Source: Haliea sp. (GTDB lineage: Bacteria; Pseudomonadota; Gammaproteobacteria; Pseudomonadales; Halieaceae). Taken from it: a stretch of 64,000 nt of DNA. A model generated the notes under the pieces. It worked only from the letters and a program-made list of their open reading frames with translations, was not told where the DNA came from and ran no database searches. The position numbers and the translations under genes were made by a program. Below are positions 39,872 to 48,894 of the stretch, in pieces; the stretch's first letter is position 1, and each line of letters begins with the position of its first letter. The stretch covers positions 9,804-73,803 of the forward strand of contig JAHEBM010000008.1 of NCBI GenBank assembly GCA_024642245.1, in the 5' to 3' direction.

Positions 39872-41025
39872 GACTGGCGCTGCTGCTCTACAAGTATTTT
39901 CCCTACGGGGGCCTGCAGCGAGACTTCGCCCGATTTGTGGTGGAACTGCAGCGGCGTGGTCACCACTGCCGCGTGTACTGCACCTCCTGGCAGGGGGACC
40001 CTCTGGCGGGGGTCGATTTGCGGCTGGCGCCACCCGGTCCCGGTTCCATGCGAGGCAGCAATGTCCGCCGCAACGAGCGCTTCCTGCGCTGGGTGCAGGG
40101 GGACATGGCGATCGCACCAGTGGACGGCGTTATCGGCTTTAACAAGATGCCCGGGCTGGATGTCTACTATGCGGGCGACCCCTGCTACCTGGATAGCGCG
40201 CTGAAGAACAGGGGGTTTCTCTATCGCCTGGGCTGGCGCTATCGGCATTTTGCCGGCTGGGAGAGAGCGGTTTTCGAACGCGCCAGCACCACGCAGATAC
40301 TGCTTATTTCTCCCAGTGAGCAGGGCAAGTTCGAGCGCCACTACCGCACGCCGTCGGCTCGCATGCACCTGCTGCCTCCCGGGGTGGCGGCAGATCGCCG
40401 TCGGCCCGATGATGCGGTTGCCCGGCGGGCAAAAGCCCGGCATGAACTCGGGCTGGCCCATGATGTGTATACCCTGCTGTTCGTCGGCTCGGGTTTTATT
40501 ACCAAGGGCCTGGACCGGGCCATTCGCGGGCTCGCCAGCCTTCAGGCGACTCACCCGGGGCGACGCTTCCGCCTGCTGGTCGCGGGCCAGGATGGGGTGG
40601 GTCGCTTCGGCTTGCTTGCCCGGCGCCAGCAAGTGCAGGAGCAGGTGAGTTTTCTGGGTGGGCGCGATGATATTCCCGACCTGTTGCTGGCGGCCGATGT
40701 GCTGGTTCACCCGGCCCGCAGCGAGGCGGCGGGTATCGTACTGCTGGAGGCACTGGTGGCCGGCCTGCCGGTCGTGGTCACCGGCGTGTGCGGTTATGCC
40801 CGCCATATCGAGGCGGCCGGTGCCGGGCTGGTACTGGTGGAACCCTTCAGCCAGAGGGCACTGGACAAGGCATTGGCGGGGATGCTCGATAGTGAGTTTC
40901 GGGAAGAGTGCAGGAATAATGGGCTGGTCTATGCAAAGCGGGAGGATCTCTACTCAATGCATACCACCGGTGCGAAACTGATGGAGCGTATTATCCAGCG
41001 CAAGGAGGCTGTTGCCGATGGCTGA
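39868..41025 (+). CDS. waaG: LPS core alpha-glucosyltransferase, GT4
   Basis: MRLALLLYKYFPYGGLQRDF is a typical WaaG N-terminus. ATGA overlap with the waaC stop. The track ORF start at 39562 is a spurious extension. Confidence 0.85.
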   Translation: MRLALLLYKYFPYGGLQRDFARFVVELQRRGHHCRVYCTSWQGDPLAGVDLRLAPPGPGSMRGSNVRRNERFLRWVQGDMAIAPVDGVIGFNKMPGLDVYYAGDPCYLDSALKNRGFLYRLGWRYRHFAGWERAVFERASTTQILLISPSEQGKFERHYRTPSARMHLLPPGVAADRRRPDDAVARRAKARHELGLAHDVYTLLFVGSGFITKGLDRAIRGLASLQATHPGRRFRLLVAGQDGVGRFGLLARRQQVQEQVSFLGGRDDIPDLLLAADVLVHPARSEAAGIVLLEALVAGLPVVVTGVCGYARHIEAAGAGLVLVEPFSQRALDKALAGMLDSEFREECRNNGLVYAKREDLYSMHTTGAKLMERIIQRKEAVADG

Positions 41026-41872
41026 ATACTACCTCGCGGACGGCTTTGCGCTGGGCGAGCTGGCGCGGGCGCGCAGTGCCCGGGCCCTGTTGGCCTGGGC
41101 CGACGAGATTGCCGCCGGGGCAGAGCCAGCCGATGTCTATCGCAACAAAGAGGGGCGTAAAACCCTGCGCTTTCAGTATCGTGGGAAACCCTACTTCCTC
41201 AAGCTGCACAGGGGCATTGGCTGGCTGGAGATTTTCAAGAACCTGTTACAGCTGCGGCAGCCGGTGGTCTCTGCAAGCACAGAGTATCGCGCGGTCCTCG
41301 CCCTGCAGCGCGCCGGTATCTACACACTGACAATCGGCGCCTATGCCCGGCGTGGCTGGAACCCCGCCGCAATTCGCTCGATGATTGTGACCTCTGAACT
41401 CACCGGCACGGTCAAGCTCGAGGACTACTGCGCCAACTGGGCCACGATGCCCCCGCCAGCGGGGGTTCGCATGCGCCTGATCAATAGCCTGGCAGGCAGT
41501 GCGCGGCGCATGCACGAGGCAGGCATCAACCATCGGGACTTTTACCTGTGCCACTTTCATCTCGATGAATGGAGCCTGGCTGAACCGGAGCCGCGCTGCT
41601 ACCTGATCGACCTGCACCGGGCGCAAATTCGTGAACAGACCCCGCGCCGCTGGCGCGCAAAGGACCTGTCGGCGCTGTATTTTTCTGCCATGGATTGTGG
41701 CCTTTCACGGCGCGACTTGTTGCGCTTTATTGCGCGCTACAGCGGGGGCGACCTGCGGCAGGCGCTGTCCCGCGACAAAAACCTGTGGCGGCGGGTGGAG
41801 AGGCAGGCGTGCAAACTCTATCGCAAGGCCCATGGCACGCAGGCTCCCGCGATTGGAGCCGGCCCTGGCTAG
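41018..41872 (+). CDS. waaP: LPS core heptose(I) kinase
   Basis: FLKLHRG, HRDFYLCHFHLD and a C-terminal region typical of WaaP/RfaP. The ATG at 41018 follows AAGGAGG. Confidence 0.85.
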   Translation: MAEYYLADGFALGELARARSARALLAWADEIAAGAEPADVYRNKEGRKTLRFQYRGKPYFLKLHRGIGWLEIFKNLLQLRQPVVSASTEYRAVLALQRAGIYTLTIGAYARRGWNPAAIRSMIVTSELTGTVKLEDYCANWATMPPPAGVRMRLINSLAGSARRMHEAGINHRDFYLCHFHLDEWSLAEPEPRCYLIDLHRAQIREQTPRRWRAKDLSALYFSAMDCGLSRRDLLRFIARYSGGDLRQALSRDKNLWRRVERQACKLYRKAHGTQAPAIGAGPG

Positions 41873-42656
41873 CCCGGGCGCTGGCGTCCGCGGTGCGCAG
41901 TGGGTGGTGCAGCTGCGCGAGCGCCTGGCGTGTGCGCCTGCCGACCCGGTGGCCTGGATGGAGCGCCACACACGCCTGCTGAAAAGCGACACCTACAGCC
42001 GGGTGGGCATGCTGGAAGTTGGGCAGCAGGCCTGTTTCCTCAAACTGTACATTGCCAAGTCCCCCCTGCAGGCGCTGGGCTTTGCCCTGGGTTATGGTCG
42101 CGGCACCAGGAGCTTCGATGCTGCCAGGCGCATGGCGCTGGCGGGCCTGCGGGTACCCGAACCCAGGGCGTGTCTGCTGGTATCCGGTGGAATGATGTTG
42201 CTTACCGAGGGCTTTGAAAACGGCCGCGACCTCAGGACACTGTGGCTGGCGCGGCCGGGGGACCAGGATATACCGCGGTATATGGAGCAGGCGGGACAAA
42301 GCCTGGCCGCCCTGCACCGGTCCGGTTTCGCTCATGGTGATTGCAAGTGGAGCAACCTGTTGTGGTGTGACGGTACATTCTATTTCGTGGACCTGGAGGC
42401 GGTGCGCGAAACCAGGGCCGCCAGGGCCTCGCGGGTTTCACCACAGGCCCGGCAATTACGCGACCTCGCCCGCTTTACTATCGATGCCGAGGCGCTGGGT
42501 GCCAGCCCTGCTGGGTATGGGACTTTTCTGGAGAGTTACTGCGCGGGGGGAAATTTTCCCCGGGACGGGCTGACCACCGCCCTGCAGCCCTTTGTCGGAG
42601 TTATGCGCAAACGGCATGAGCGAAAGTACGGCAGGTCCTTTTCGCCCTTGCTTTGA
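41832..42656 (+). CDS. lipopolysaccharide kinase (InaA/Kdo-kinase family)
   Basis: Canonical catalytic loop GFAHGDCKWSNLLW and FVDLE. Occupies the position of the second core kinase in Pseudomonas-type clusters. The start is uncertain; the ATG at 41832 overlaps the waaP end. Confidence 0.75.
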   Translation: MARRLPRLEPALASPGAGVRGAQWVVQLRERLACAPADPVAWMERHTRLLKSDTYSRVGMLEVGQQACFLKLYIAKSPLQALGFALGYGRGTRSFDAARRMALAGLRVPEPRACLLVSGGMMLLTEGFENGRDLRTLWLARPGDQDIPRYMEQAGQSLAALHRSGFAHGDCKWSNLLWCDGTFYFVDLEAVRETRAARASRVSPQARQLRDLARFTIDAEALGASPAGYGTFLESYCAGGNFPRDGLTTALQPFVGVMRKRHERKYGRSFSPLL

Positions 42657-42686
42657 GTGCGCCAGGCCCAGCGCCAGGTCTGGTTG

Positions 42687-43211
42687 TCAGGGCTGAATCG
42701 GCGTGCCCCGGGTTTTTCCTATCTGCGCCAGGCGTTCGGTAAACCAGTCATCGAGCGTAGCAAGCTGTGCACTGCGCGCCGAGGCGAACTCTCCCGCCTC
42801 ACTCACATAGAGCACTGTCCCGTCCGGCGCCACAATAGCAATTGAGGGAATCCCCTTGGCCACCGGCTTGCCGAACTGCCCGGTGAAAGCCATATTCCTG
42901 TCCCAGTTACCGATGTCGATATGCGCCACGACGAAGTTACTTGCGATAGTGTTGTCCAGCGGGGCCTGTCCCATTTTTTTATTCAGGCTGCGACAATCTG
43001 GGCACCACTGCGAGCCGAAAACAAGGAGTACGAGCTTGTTGTCATTCGCAGCTTGCTGCAGTGCCTGCTCGTAGGTGGCGGCGGGATCGGCGTCGGGGTC
43101 ATAGCCGTAGTCTGCCGCGGCCGACATCATCGCGCTGAGCAGCAGTACGCCGCAAACCAGGTACTTGAGAAGTCCTGTCGCGTATTGCTCGTTGTGCCTG
43201 TGATTTTTCAT
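42687..43211 (-). CDS. secreted/anchored thioredoxin-fold protein
   Basis: 174 aa from the ATG at 43211. Hydrophobic N-terminus, then VLLVFGSQWCPDCRSL (WCPDC active site). The upstream part of the 264-aa track ORF is a separate gene remnant. Confidence 0.75.
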   Translation of the reverse strand: MKNHRHNEQYATGLLKYLVCGVLLLSAMMSAAADYGYDPDADPAATYEQALQQAANDNKLVLLVFGSQWCPDCRSLNKKMGQAPLDNTIASNFVVAHIDIGNWDRNMAFTGQFGKPVAKGIPSIAIVAPDGTVLYVSEAGEFASARSAQLATLDDWFTERLAQIGKTRGTPIQP

Positions 43212-43232
43212 GCTTACCGCCCGCGAGGAATT

Positions 43233-43370
43233 AAGGCACAGGTCGCGATCGACCTGCAGTTTTCTGTGGATGTCACGCGCGGGATTGTTCCAGGGTACAA
43301 GCAAGGCGCATTCATCCCACAGCGCGATAACCTCGGTTTGGTCCTGAGGTTCAAAAGCCCGGATCTCCAA
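43233..43370 (-). pseudogene. 5' remnant of a YpeA-like GNAT acetyltransferase
   Basis: (L)EIRAFEPQDQTEVIALWDECALLVPWNNPARDIHRKLQVDRDLCL aligns by eye with the first ~46 residues of E. coli YpeA ([38 protein letters not shown]...LFL). Similarity then stops, and the frame runs into the thioredoxin-like gene. Confidence 0.65.
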
Positions 43371-43377
43371 GGAAACG

Positions 43378-43863
43378 CTACAGTCCGAGCACGCCGGGTT
43401 TGCCGTCACCCTGGGCTTCACACAGGCCGAGATAGGCGTCCAGCATCGCACCGGCGTCCAGTACGCTATCGACCTCGCCACTGGCGTTCAGGTTGAGGTT
43501 TGCACCGTTCATGACAAAACACACTTCGGTGTCTTCACTGTTGGTGCCCGGGACATGCAGGGTGTGCACCGAACCCGCCGGCTCGTAAAGGTAGGAGTCA
43601 GTCACGTTGATATCAGCGGGGTACTCCAGGTAATACCATGAGCCTGAGCGCGTGAACGCGAAGATTTCACCAGTGTGCTTGTGCTTCTGCACGGTAGTGC
43701 CGGGGGAAAAAATGGTTCGGATCACCCACAATCCGGTTTCAATGTTTACCTGCAATAGCTGAAGCTTGAAGCTGCCTTCATCGACAAAGGGAAAGCTGGC
43801 GTCGAGAGTAATGAAGGGCAGGTCGCTGCGGTGTTTGAGCAAAGCCGCGGGAATGGCATTCAT
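43378..43863 (-). CDS. cupin (ChrR-like / 2,4'-dihydroxyacetophenone dioxygenase family)
   Basis: 161 aa. The KHKHTGEIFAFTRSGSW...YEPAGSVHTL metal-binding pattern (HxHxxxE...H) of the Cupin_7 type. Confidence 0.65.
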   Translation of the reverse strand: MNAIPAALLKHRSDLPFITLDASFPFVDEGSFKLQLLQVNIETGLWVIRTIFSPGTTVQKHKHTGEIFAFTRSGSWYYLEYPADINVTDSYLYEPAGSVHTLHVPGTNSEDTEVCFVMNGANLNLNASGEVDSVLDAGAMLDAYLGLCEAQGDGKPGVLGL

Positions 43864-43874
43864 GGGACAGGTTC

Positions 43875-44129
43875 CTATCCGGCTCGAGTCGGTTCTGGCG
43901 CGTTCAGCAATCCGGCAAGTGTTTGCGCATGTGCCAGTGCCTCAACACCCGCGTCCGTCAGATAGCCGCCGTCGTTCTGGCTTATCAGGCCCCGGTCGAA
44001 CAGCTGCTGGCAGGCGGCGATCACTTCCGGGCGGGCACTGGAGTGTACTTTGATGCCCCGTTCAAGACTCGAGCTGTCAAACTGCAACAACAGGTTCAGT
44101 TCTTCGATGGTGCTGGAAGCGAATGACAA
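43875..44129 (-). CDS. small conserved hypothetical protein (TIGR02647-like)
   Basis: 84 aa from a TTG preceded by GAGGA. LERGIKVHSSARPEVIAACQQLFDRGLISQNDGGYLTDAG resembles the small Pseudomonas/Vibrio TIGR02647 family. This assignment is from memory only. Confidence 0.45.
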   Translation of the reverse strand: MSFASSTIEELNLLLQFDSSSLERGIKVHSSARPEVIAACQQLFDRGLISQNDGGYLTDAGVEALAHAQTLAGLLNAPEPTRAG

Positions 44130-44267
44130 GGGTTTATCCTCTTTGTGGTTGTCGCCCCGGGCGTGGGAATGCCGACCTGTTGAACTTAGCAGAACTGCGT
44201 GAAAGGCGCCAATGACGTCCCGCGCTTTTTTGTCACGCCGCGGCATGCGGCGTTAGTGTGAGATAAG

Positions 44268-45113
44268 TCAGCTGGATTTTGTGGCCTGTAACTGCCCTCT
44301 TTCATACATCAGCAGCATGGCCCAGTGGTAGGCTTCGGCGGCAAGTATCTTGGCCTCGATGGGCGACAATTCCCGCATCTGTCGCCGCCAGGCCACAAAA
44401 AATCGCATGCGGTCTGTCTGGCTGATAACAGGGGGCGGCAACAGGTTCAGTTCCATCAGGTTCCGCAGCAGCATGCGGCCCGGGGGAGGAATTTTCTTGG
44501 TAGTGCGCTCGTTGTTGACCAGGGTAAATTGGAAGCGGTCTTCCAGCAGGTTGGCCATCACATCGCTGGCCTGCAGGTCGCCGGGTATAAAACCCGTGGC
44601 GTGGACCCGGCCGATGAAAATACCCAGCGCCTCGAGCAGCTTGCGCCGGGTCGCCAGTGTCTCGCCCGTTCTGTCGGCCAGGACGGTCCTCAGCCAGCTG
44701 GCGACGTCCTGGCCCGCGGCAGCCCTGGTGAACAGGTATTCGCTGCCACCTGGAAGCCTGCCCCAGGCCAGGCTTTGGGGGGCATCGATGCCCACGAACA
44801 GTAGCGCGTCGCTGTGTTTACGCCACCGCGTGGCCCGACTCCCCGCCAACAGCGCCTTGCAGTACGCCAGCGGGCTGGGTGGCGGGAACTCCTTGTAGTA
44901 CACCTGGCGCTCGGGGCTGAATGCAACGCGGCATGCCGAGGGGCCTTGCACGACGTCCCAACCGGGCGGCAACTCACCCGCGGACAGTTGCAGCGCGTAT
45001 TCGTGCAGTTCTTCAGACTCTTCAAAGCTATGCGTCACGCAGGTCTTGCTCCCCCGGGCCCGGCCGCAAATGGGCATTGGTTCGAGTCCAGTATAAGATA
45101 GCCTCAAGACCAA
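44268..45113 (-). CDS. InaA-family LPS kinase-like protein with a divergent catalytic loop
   Basis: Overall InaA/Kdo-kinase layout, but the catalytic loop reads GFIPGDLQASDVMA instead of HGDxxxxN. The start could be the ATG at 45077. Confidence 0.6.
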   Translation of the reverse strand: MVLRLSYTGLEPMPICGRARGSKTCVTHSFEESEELHEYALQLSAGELPPGWDVVQGPSACRVAFSPERQVYYKEFPPPSPLAYCKALLAGSRATRWRKHSDALLFVGIDAPQSLAWGRLPGGSEYLFTRAAAGQDVASWLRTVLADRTGETLATRRKLLEALGIFIGRVHATGFIPGDLQASDVMANLLEDRFQFTLVNNERTTKKIPPPGRMLLRNLMELNLLPPPVISQTDRMRFFVAWRRQMRELSPIEAKILAAEAYHWAMLLMYERGQLQATKSS

Positions 45114-45130
45114 GCGCGAATAAAGCGCAA

Positions 45131-46036
45131 ATGCGTCGGTCGCAAGGAGACATTTTGAAGCAGAGAGTATTGGTGCTGGGAGCCGGCGGGCAGCTGGGCA
45201 GGGAGCTGCAATACACCGTGGACCCGCAGCTGGAGTGCACCGCCCTGGCGCGACATGAGCTGGATATTGGTGATCTCGAGGCTGTACGCGCCCGTTTTAC
45301 CGAGCTGCTCCCGCAGGTGGTTATCAATGCGGCGGCCTATACGGCGGTCGATGCCGCTGAAGGCGATTCTGCTGCTGCGCACAGGGGCAACGTCGACGGG
45401 CCGGCCAACCTGGCGCGGGTGTGCCTGGAGACCGGCGCCCGCCTGCTGCATGTCTCCACGGATTTCGTATTCGACGGGGAGGCCTCGCGGCCCTACCGAA
45501 GCAGCGATCCCGCTGCGCCGCTTGGGGAATATGGCCGCAGCAAGCTGGCCGGGGAGCAGGCGGTCCTGGGCATATTGCCCCAGGCGCTGGTGATGCGCAG
45601 TGGCTGGGTGTATTCACGTTTCGGTAATAATTTCGTCAAGACCATGCTGCGGCTGATGTCGGAGCGGGATGAGCTGGGGGTGGTCGCCGACCAGGTCGGT
45701 ACCCCGACCTGGGCCAGGGGTCTGGCCGGCGCGCTTTGGTTGGCGGCGGGCCGTAACGACTTGAGCGGCATCTATCACTGGAGTGACGCGGGAGAATGCA
45801 GCTGGTATGACTTTGCCGTGGCCATCTGTGAGGAAGCTTCCGCGCTGGGCCTGCTGGAGCGTAGGGTGAATATTCGCCCTATCTCCACCAGTGATTACCC
45901 CACCGCGGCAAAACGCCCGCGCTACAGCGTATTGGACAAAACCCGCAGTTGGCAGGATCTCGGCTTACAGGGTGTGCACTGGCGGGCACAGTTGCGTACC
46001 ATGCTGGCTGACCTCAAGGAGTCGCAGGATGAGTAG
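45131..46036 (+). CDS. rfbD: dTDP-4-dehydrorhamnose reductase
   Basis: VLVLGAGGQLG, STDFVFDG and YGRSKLAGE motifs. The start is ATG 45131 or the TTG at 45154 after AAGGAGA. The track start at 44921 is spurious. Confidence 0.88.
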   Translation: MRRSQGDILKQRVLVLGAGGQLGRELQYTVDPQLECTALARHELDIGDLEAVRARFTELLPQVVINAAAYTAVDAAEGDSAAAHRGNVDGPANLARVCLETGARLLHVSTDFVFDGEASRPYRSSDPAAPLGEYGRSKLAGEQAVLGILPQALVMRSGWVYSRFGNNFVKTMLRLMSERDELGVVADQVGTPTWARGLAGALWLAAGRNDLSGIYHWSDAGECSWYDFAVAICEEASALGLLERRVNIRPISTSDYPTAAKRPRYSVLDKTRSWQDLGLQGVHWRAQLRTMLADLKESQDE

Positions 46037-47096
46037 ATCGCTACTGGTAACGGGGGCCGCCGGGTTTATTGGTGCCAATTTTGTTCATTACTGGACCCGC
46101 CATCACCCTGGCGATCGGGTAGTGGCCTACGATGCGCTCACCTACGCCGGCAACCTCGCCAACCTGGACAGCCTGCAGGGCCAACCCAATTTCAGTTTTG
46201 TCCACGCCGATATTTGCGATTATCCGCAGGTGCTTGGCACCCTGCGGGAGCACGCGGTGGATACCGTGGTGCACTTTGCCGCGGAGAGCCATGTCGACCG
46301 CTCCATCAGCGGCCCGGATGCGTTTATCGAAACCAACGTGGTGGGTACGCACAGCCTGTTGAAGGCCGCCCGGGAGTTCTGGTTGGGCGGCAATCCTGTT
46401 GTATCCGCACACCGCTTTCACCACGTCAGCACGGATGAGGTCTACGGCTCCCTGGCTGCCACGGCCCCGGCCTTCACGGAGGAGCACAAGTACGAGCCCA
46501 ACTCTCCCTACTCAGCGAGCAAGGCCGCCTCGGACCATCTGGTGCGGGCCTACCACCACACTTACGGGCTGCAGGTCACGACCAGTAATTGTTCCAATAA
46601 CTACGGGCCCTACCATTTCCCGGAAAAGCTCATACCCCTGTGCATTACCAATATCCTGCGGGGCCTGCCCCTGCCGGTATACGGCGACGGCAGCAATATT
46701 CGCGACTGGCTTTACGTGGAAGACCACTGCCGTGGCATAGAGCTGGTGCTGCAGCAGGGTGCGATAGGGGAGACCTATAACATCGGCGGTAACAATGAGT
46801 GGCGCAACCTGGCTATCGTCGAGCGGCTTTGCGATTCGATGGATGCACGTTTTGCCGCTGATGCGTCCCTGGCCGAACGCTTCCCGTCCGCGCCGGGGGC
46901 GTCAGGCAGCAGTGCGCGGGACCTGATCACTTTCGTGGAAGACCGCGCGGGACACGATTGGCGCTACGCCATCGATGCGCGGCGTATCAGCAGCGAGCTG
47001 GGGTACGCGCCGCGCGAAAGTTTCGAAACGGGGTTGGAGCGGACTTTGGACTGGTTCCTGCTCAACGAGGCCTGGTGGAAGCCCTTACTGGGATAG
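46029..47096 (+). CDS. rfbB: dTDP-glucose 4,6-dehydratase
   Basis: LLVTGAAGFIGANF, YSASKAASDHLV and the HVSTDEVYG motif. The ATG overlaps the rfbD end. Confidence 0.93.
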   Translation: MSRSLLVTGAAGFIGANFVHYWTRHHPGDRVVAYDALTYAGNLANLDSLQGQPNFSFVHADICDYPQVLGTLREHAVDTVVHFAAESHVDRSISGPDAFIETNVVGTHSLLKAAREFWLGGNPVVSAHRFHHVSTDEVYGSLAATAPAFTEEHKYEPNSPYSASKAASDHLVRAYHHTYGLQVTTSNCSNNYGPYHFPEKLIPLCITNILRGLPLPVYGDGSNIRDWLYVEDHCRGIELVLQQGAIGETYNIGGNNEWRNLAIVERLCDSMDARFAADASLAERFPSAPGASGSSARDLITFVEDRAGHDWRYAIDARRISSELGYAPRESFETGLERTLDWFLLNEAWWKPLLG

Positions 47097-47106
47097 GCCT
47101 GCCGGC

Positions 47107-47655
47107 CTAGTCAAACAGGGGTATGTCGCCCCACGCCATGCCCTGTGCGTCCTTGGCGGACAGCTGCGGCAACTCGCCGGTGGGCAGCGGCCAGTCGATA
47201 CCCACAGTGGGGTCGTCCCAGGCAAGGCAGATCTCGCTGGCCGGGTGGTAGAGTTCCGTGCATTTGTACTGGAAGTCGGCGTAGGCGGAAGCGACGTAAA
47301 AGCCGTGGGCGAAGCCCGGCGGAACCCACAGCATCAGGTGGTTTTCGGCGCTGAGCCACGCTCCAAACCAGTGCCCGAAGGTGGGGGACGAGCGGCGCAG
47401 GTCGACAACCACGTCGAATACCTCCCCGGAAGTGACCCGCACCAGTTTGCCCTGGGTGTGCTCAGTCTGGTAATGCAGCCCGCGCAGGATGCCCCGGGCG
47501 GAGCGGCTGTGATTGTCCTGCACGAACGCCAGGTCGAAGCCCGCTTCCCTGAATGCCTGGGCGTTCCAGCTCTCGAGGAAGAAGCCGCGCTGGTCGCCAA
47601 AGACACTGGGTTTTATCAGGTGCACGCCCGGCAGGCTGGTCTCCTCAAACTTCAT
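47107..47655 (-). CDS. rfbC: dTDP-4-dehydrorhamnose 3,5-epimerase
   Basis: 182 aa. [18 protein letters not shown] and GFAHGF motifs. Confidence 0.93.
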   Translation of the reverse strand: MKFEETSLPGVHLIKPSVFGDQRGFFLESWNAQAFREAGFDLAFVQDNHSRSARGILRGLHYQTEHTQGKLVRVTSGEVFDVVVDLRRSSPTFGHWFGAWLSAENHLMLWVPPGFAHGFYVASAYADFQYKCTELYHPASEICLAWDDPTVGIDWPLPTGELPQLSAKDAQGMAWGDIPLFD

Positions 47656-48550
47656 CGAAAACCACCCCGCCTTCGCTCAGTAATTTTTGCAGGTAGAGGC
47701 CATAACCGCTTTTCTCAAGCGGCGCGGCCAGGGCGAGCAATTGTTCTGCGGTGATGTACCCCATGCGATAGGCGACTTCCTCGGGACAGGCAATTTTGAG
47801 GCCCTGGCGTTCTTCCACTACCCGGATGAAGTTCGCCGCATCCAGCAGGGAGTTGTGGGTGCCTGTATCCAGCCAGGCCGTGCCGCGGCTCATCACTTCT
47901 ACCCGCAGGTCGCCGCGGGCCAGGTACGCCTTGTTGACATCGGTGATCTCCAGTTCGCCCCTGGGGGATGGGCGTATGCTGCGAGCGATATCCACCACGT
48001 CGTTATCGTAGAAATACAGGCCGGTGACGGCATAGTGGGAGCGGGGTTTGGCTGGCTTTTCCTCGATGTCGCGCGCCACGCCGTCTGCATCGAAGCTGAC
48101 CACGCCGTAACGCTCAGGATCCTGCACGTAGTAGGCGAAAACGGAGGCGCCGGTATCGCGAGCTGCGGCATGGCGCAATTTCGCGGTAAACCCCCCGCCG
48201 TAAAAAATGTTGTCCCCCAGCACCAGGCTGGCCGGTGAGTTGCCGATAAAGTCCGCTCCCAGTATAAAAGCCTGGGCGAGGCCATCGGGACTGGGTTGTA
48301 CGGCGTAGCCGATATTCACACCCCACTGGCTGCCGTCACCGAGCAGCTCGCTGAAGGCCTGCTGGTCGCGTGGCGTGGTGATCACCAGTATGTCCCGTAT
48401 CCCGGCGAGCATCAGGGTGGCCAGGGGATAGTAGATCATCGGCTTGTCGTAGACGGGCATCAGCTGCTTGCTGACGGTGCTGGTCAGCGGGTGCAGGCGG
48501 GTTCCGGAACCACCGGCCAGGATGATCCCTTTGTAGGAGGTGGCAGGCAT
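47645..48550 (-). CDS. rfbA: glucose-1-phosphate thymidylyltransferase
   Basis: [17 protein letters not shown] at the N-terminus. I chose the ATG at 48550 (48559 is also possible). The track extension to 48685 is unlikely. Confidence 0.92.
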   Translation of the reverse strand: MPATSYKGIILAGGSGTRLHPLTSTVSKQLMPVYDKPMIYYPLATLMLAGIRDILVITTPRDQQAFSELLGDGSQWGVNIGYAVQPSPDGLAQAFILGADFIGNSPASLVLGDNIFYGGGFTAKLRHAAARDTGASVFAYYVQDPERYGVVSFDADGVARDIEEKPAKPRSHYAVTGLYFYDNDVVDIARSIRPSPRGELEITDVNKAYLARGDLRVEVMSRGTAWLDTGTHNSLLDAANFIRVVEERQGLKIACPEEVAYRMGYITAEQLLALAAPLEKSGYGLYLQKLLSEGGVVFDEV

Positions 48551-48894
48551 GGGGTGCATTCCTTGTGTTGCCGGCGGAGGGGCTTGTTGATCGGCCCAGT
48601 ATAGCGGCAAATTCCGGTCACTGGCGAACGGTCCTGGCTGGGGGTATTGCCTGCACCATCGTGAAGGGGTGGATTTTTTTTCCATGCCTGATTAAAATAT
48701 GACCTCTTTCGACATGCCAAATGCCATTAGTCGGTGGTATCGTCGCCCGCTTTCCTGCGCTATGTTCGCGCCTTCGTTTCTATTGGAAAAACTGAGGGGA
48801 CGCCGTCATCAGGCACCTTGATACAGCACAGCTTACTGCGCCGCTTTCAGTCGAAAGCGCGGCCCCGGCGGGTGAAGCTGTCCCGGGCCAGGCG

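Noticed and set aside
42687-43481. 264-aa ORF presented as a single protein
   Set aside because: It is a composite of three parts: unrelated upstream residues overlapping the cupin gene end, a 46-codon GNAT remnant, and a complete thioredoxin-like gene with its own ATG at 43211.
48675-48682. T8 homopolymer in the rfbA / glycosyltransferase divergent region as a possible phase-variation tract
   Set aside because: It is short and lies outside any coding frame or identifiable promoter spacer. It is within normal expectation for an AT-richer intergenic region.
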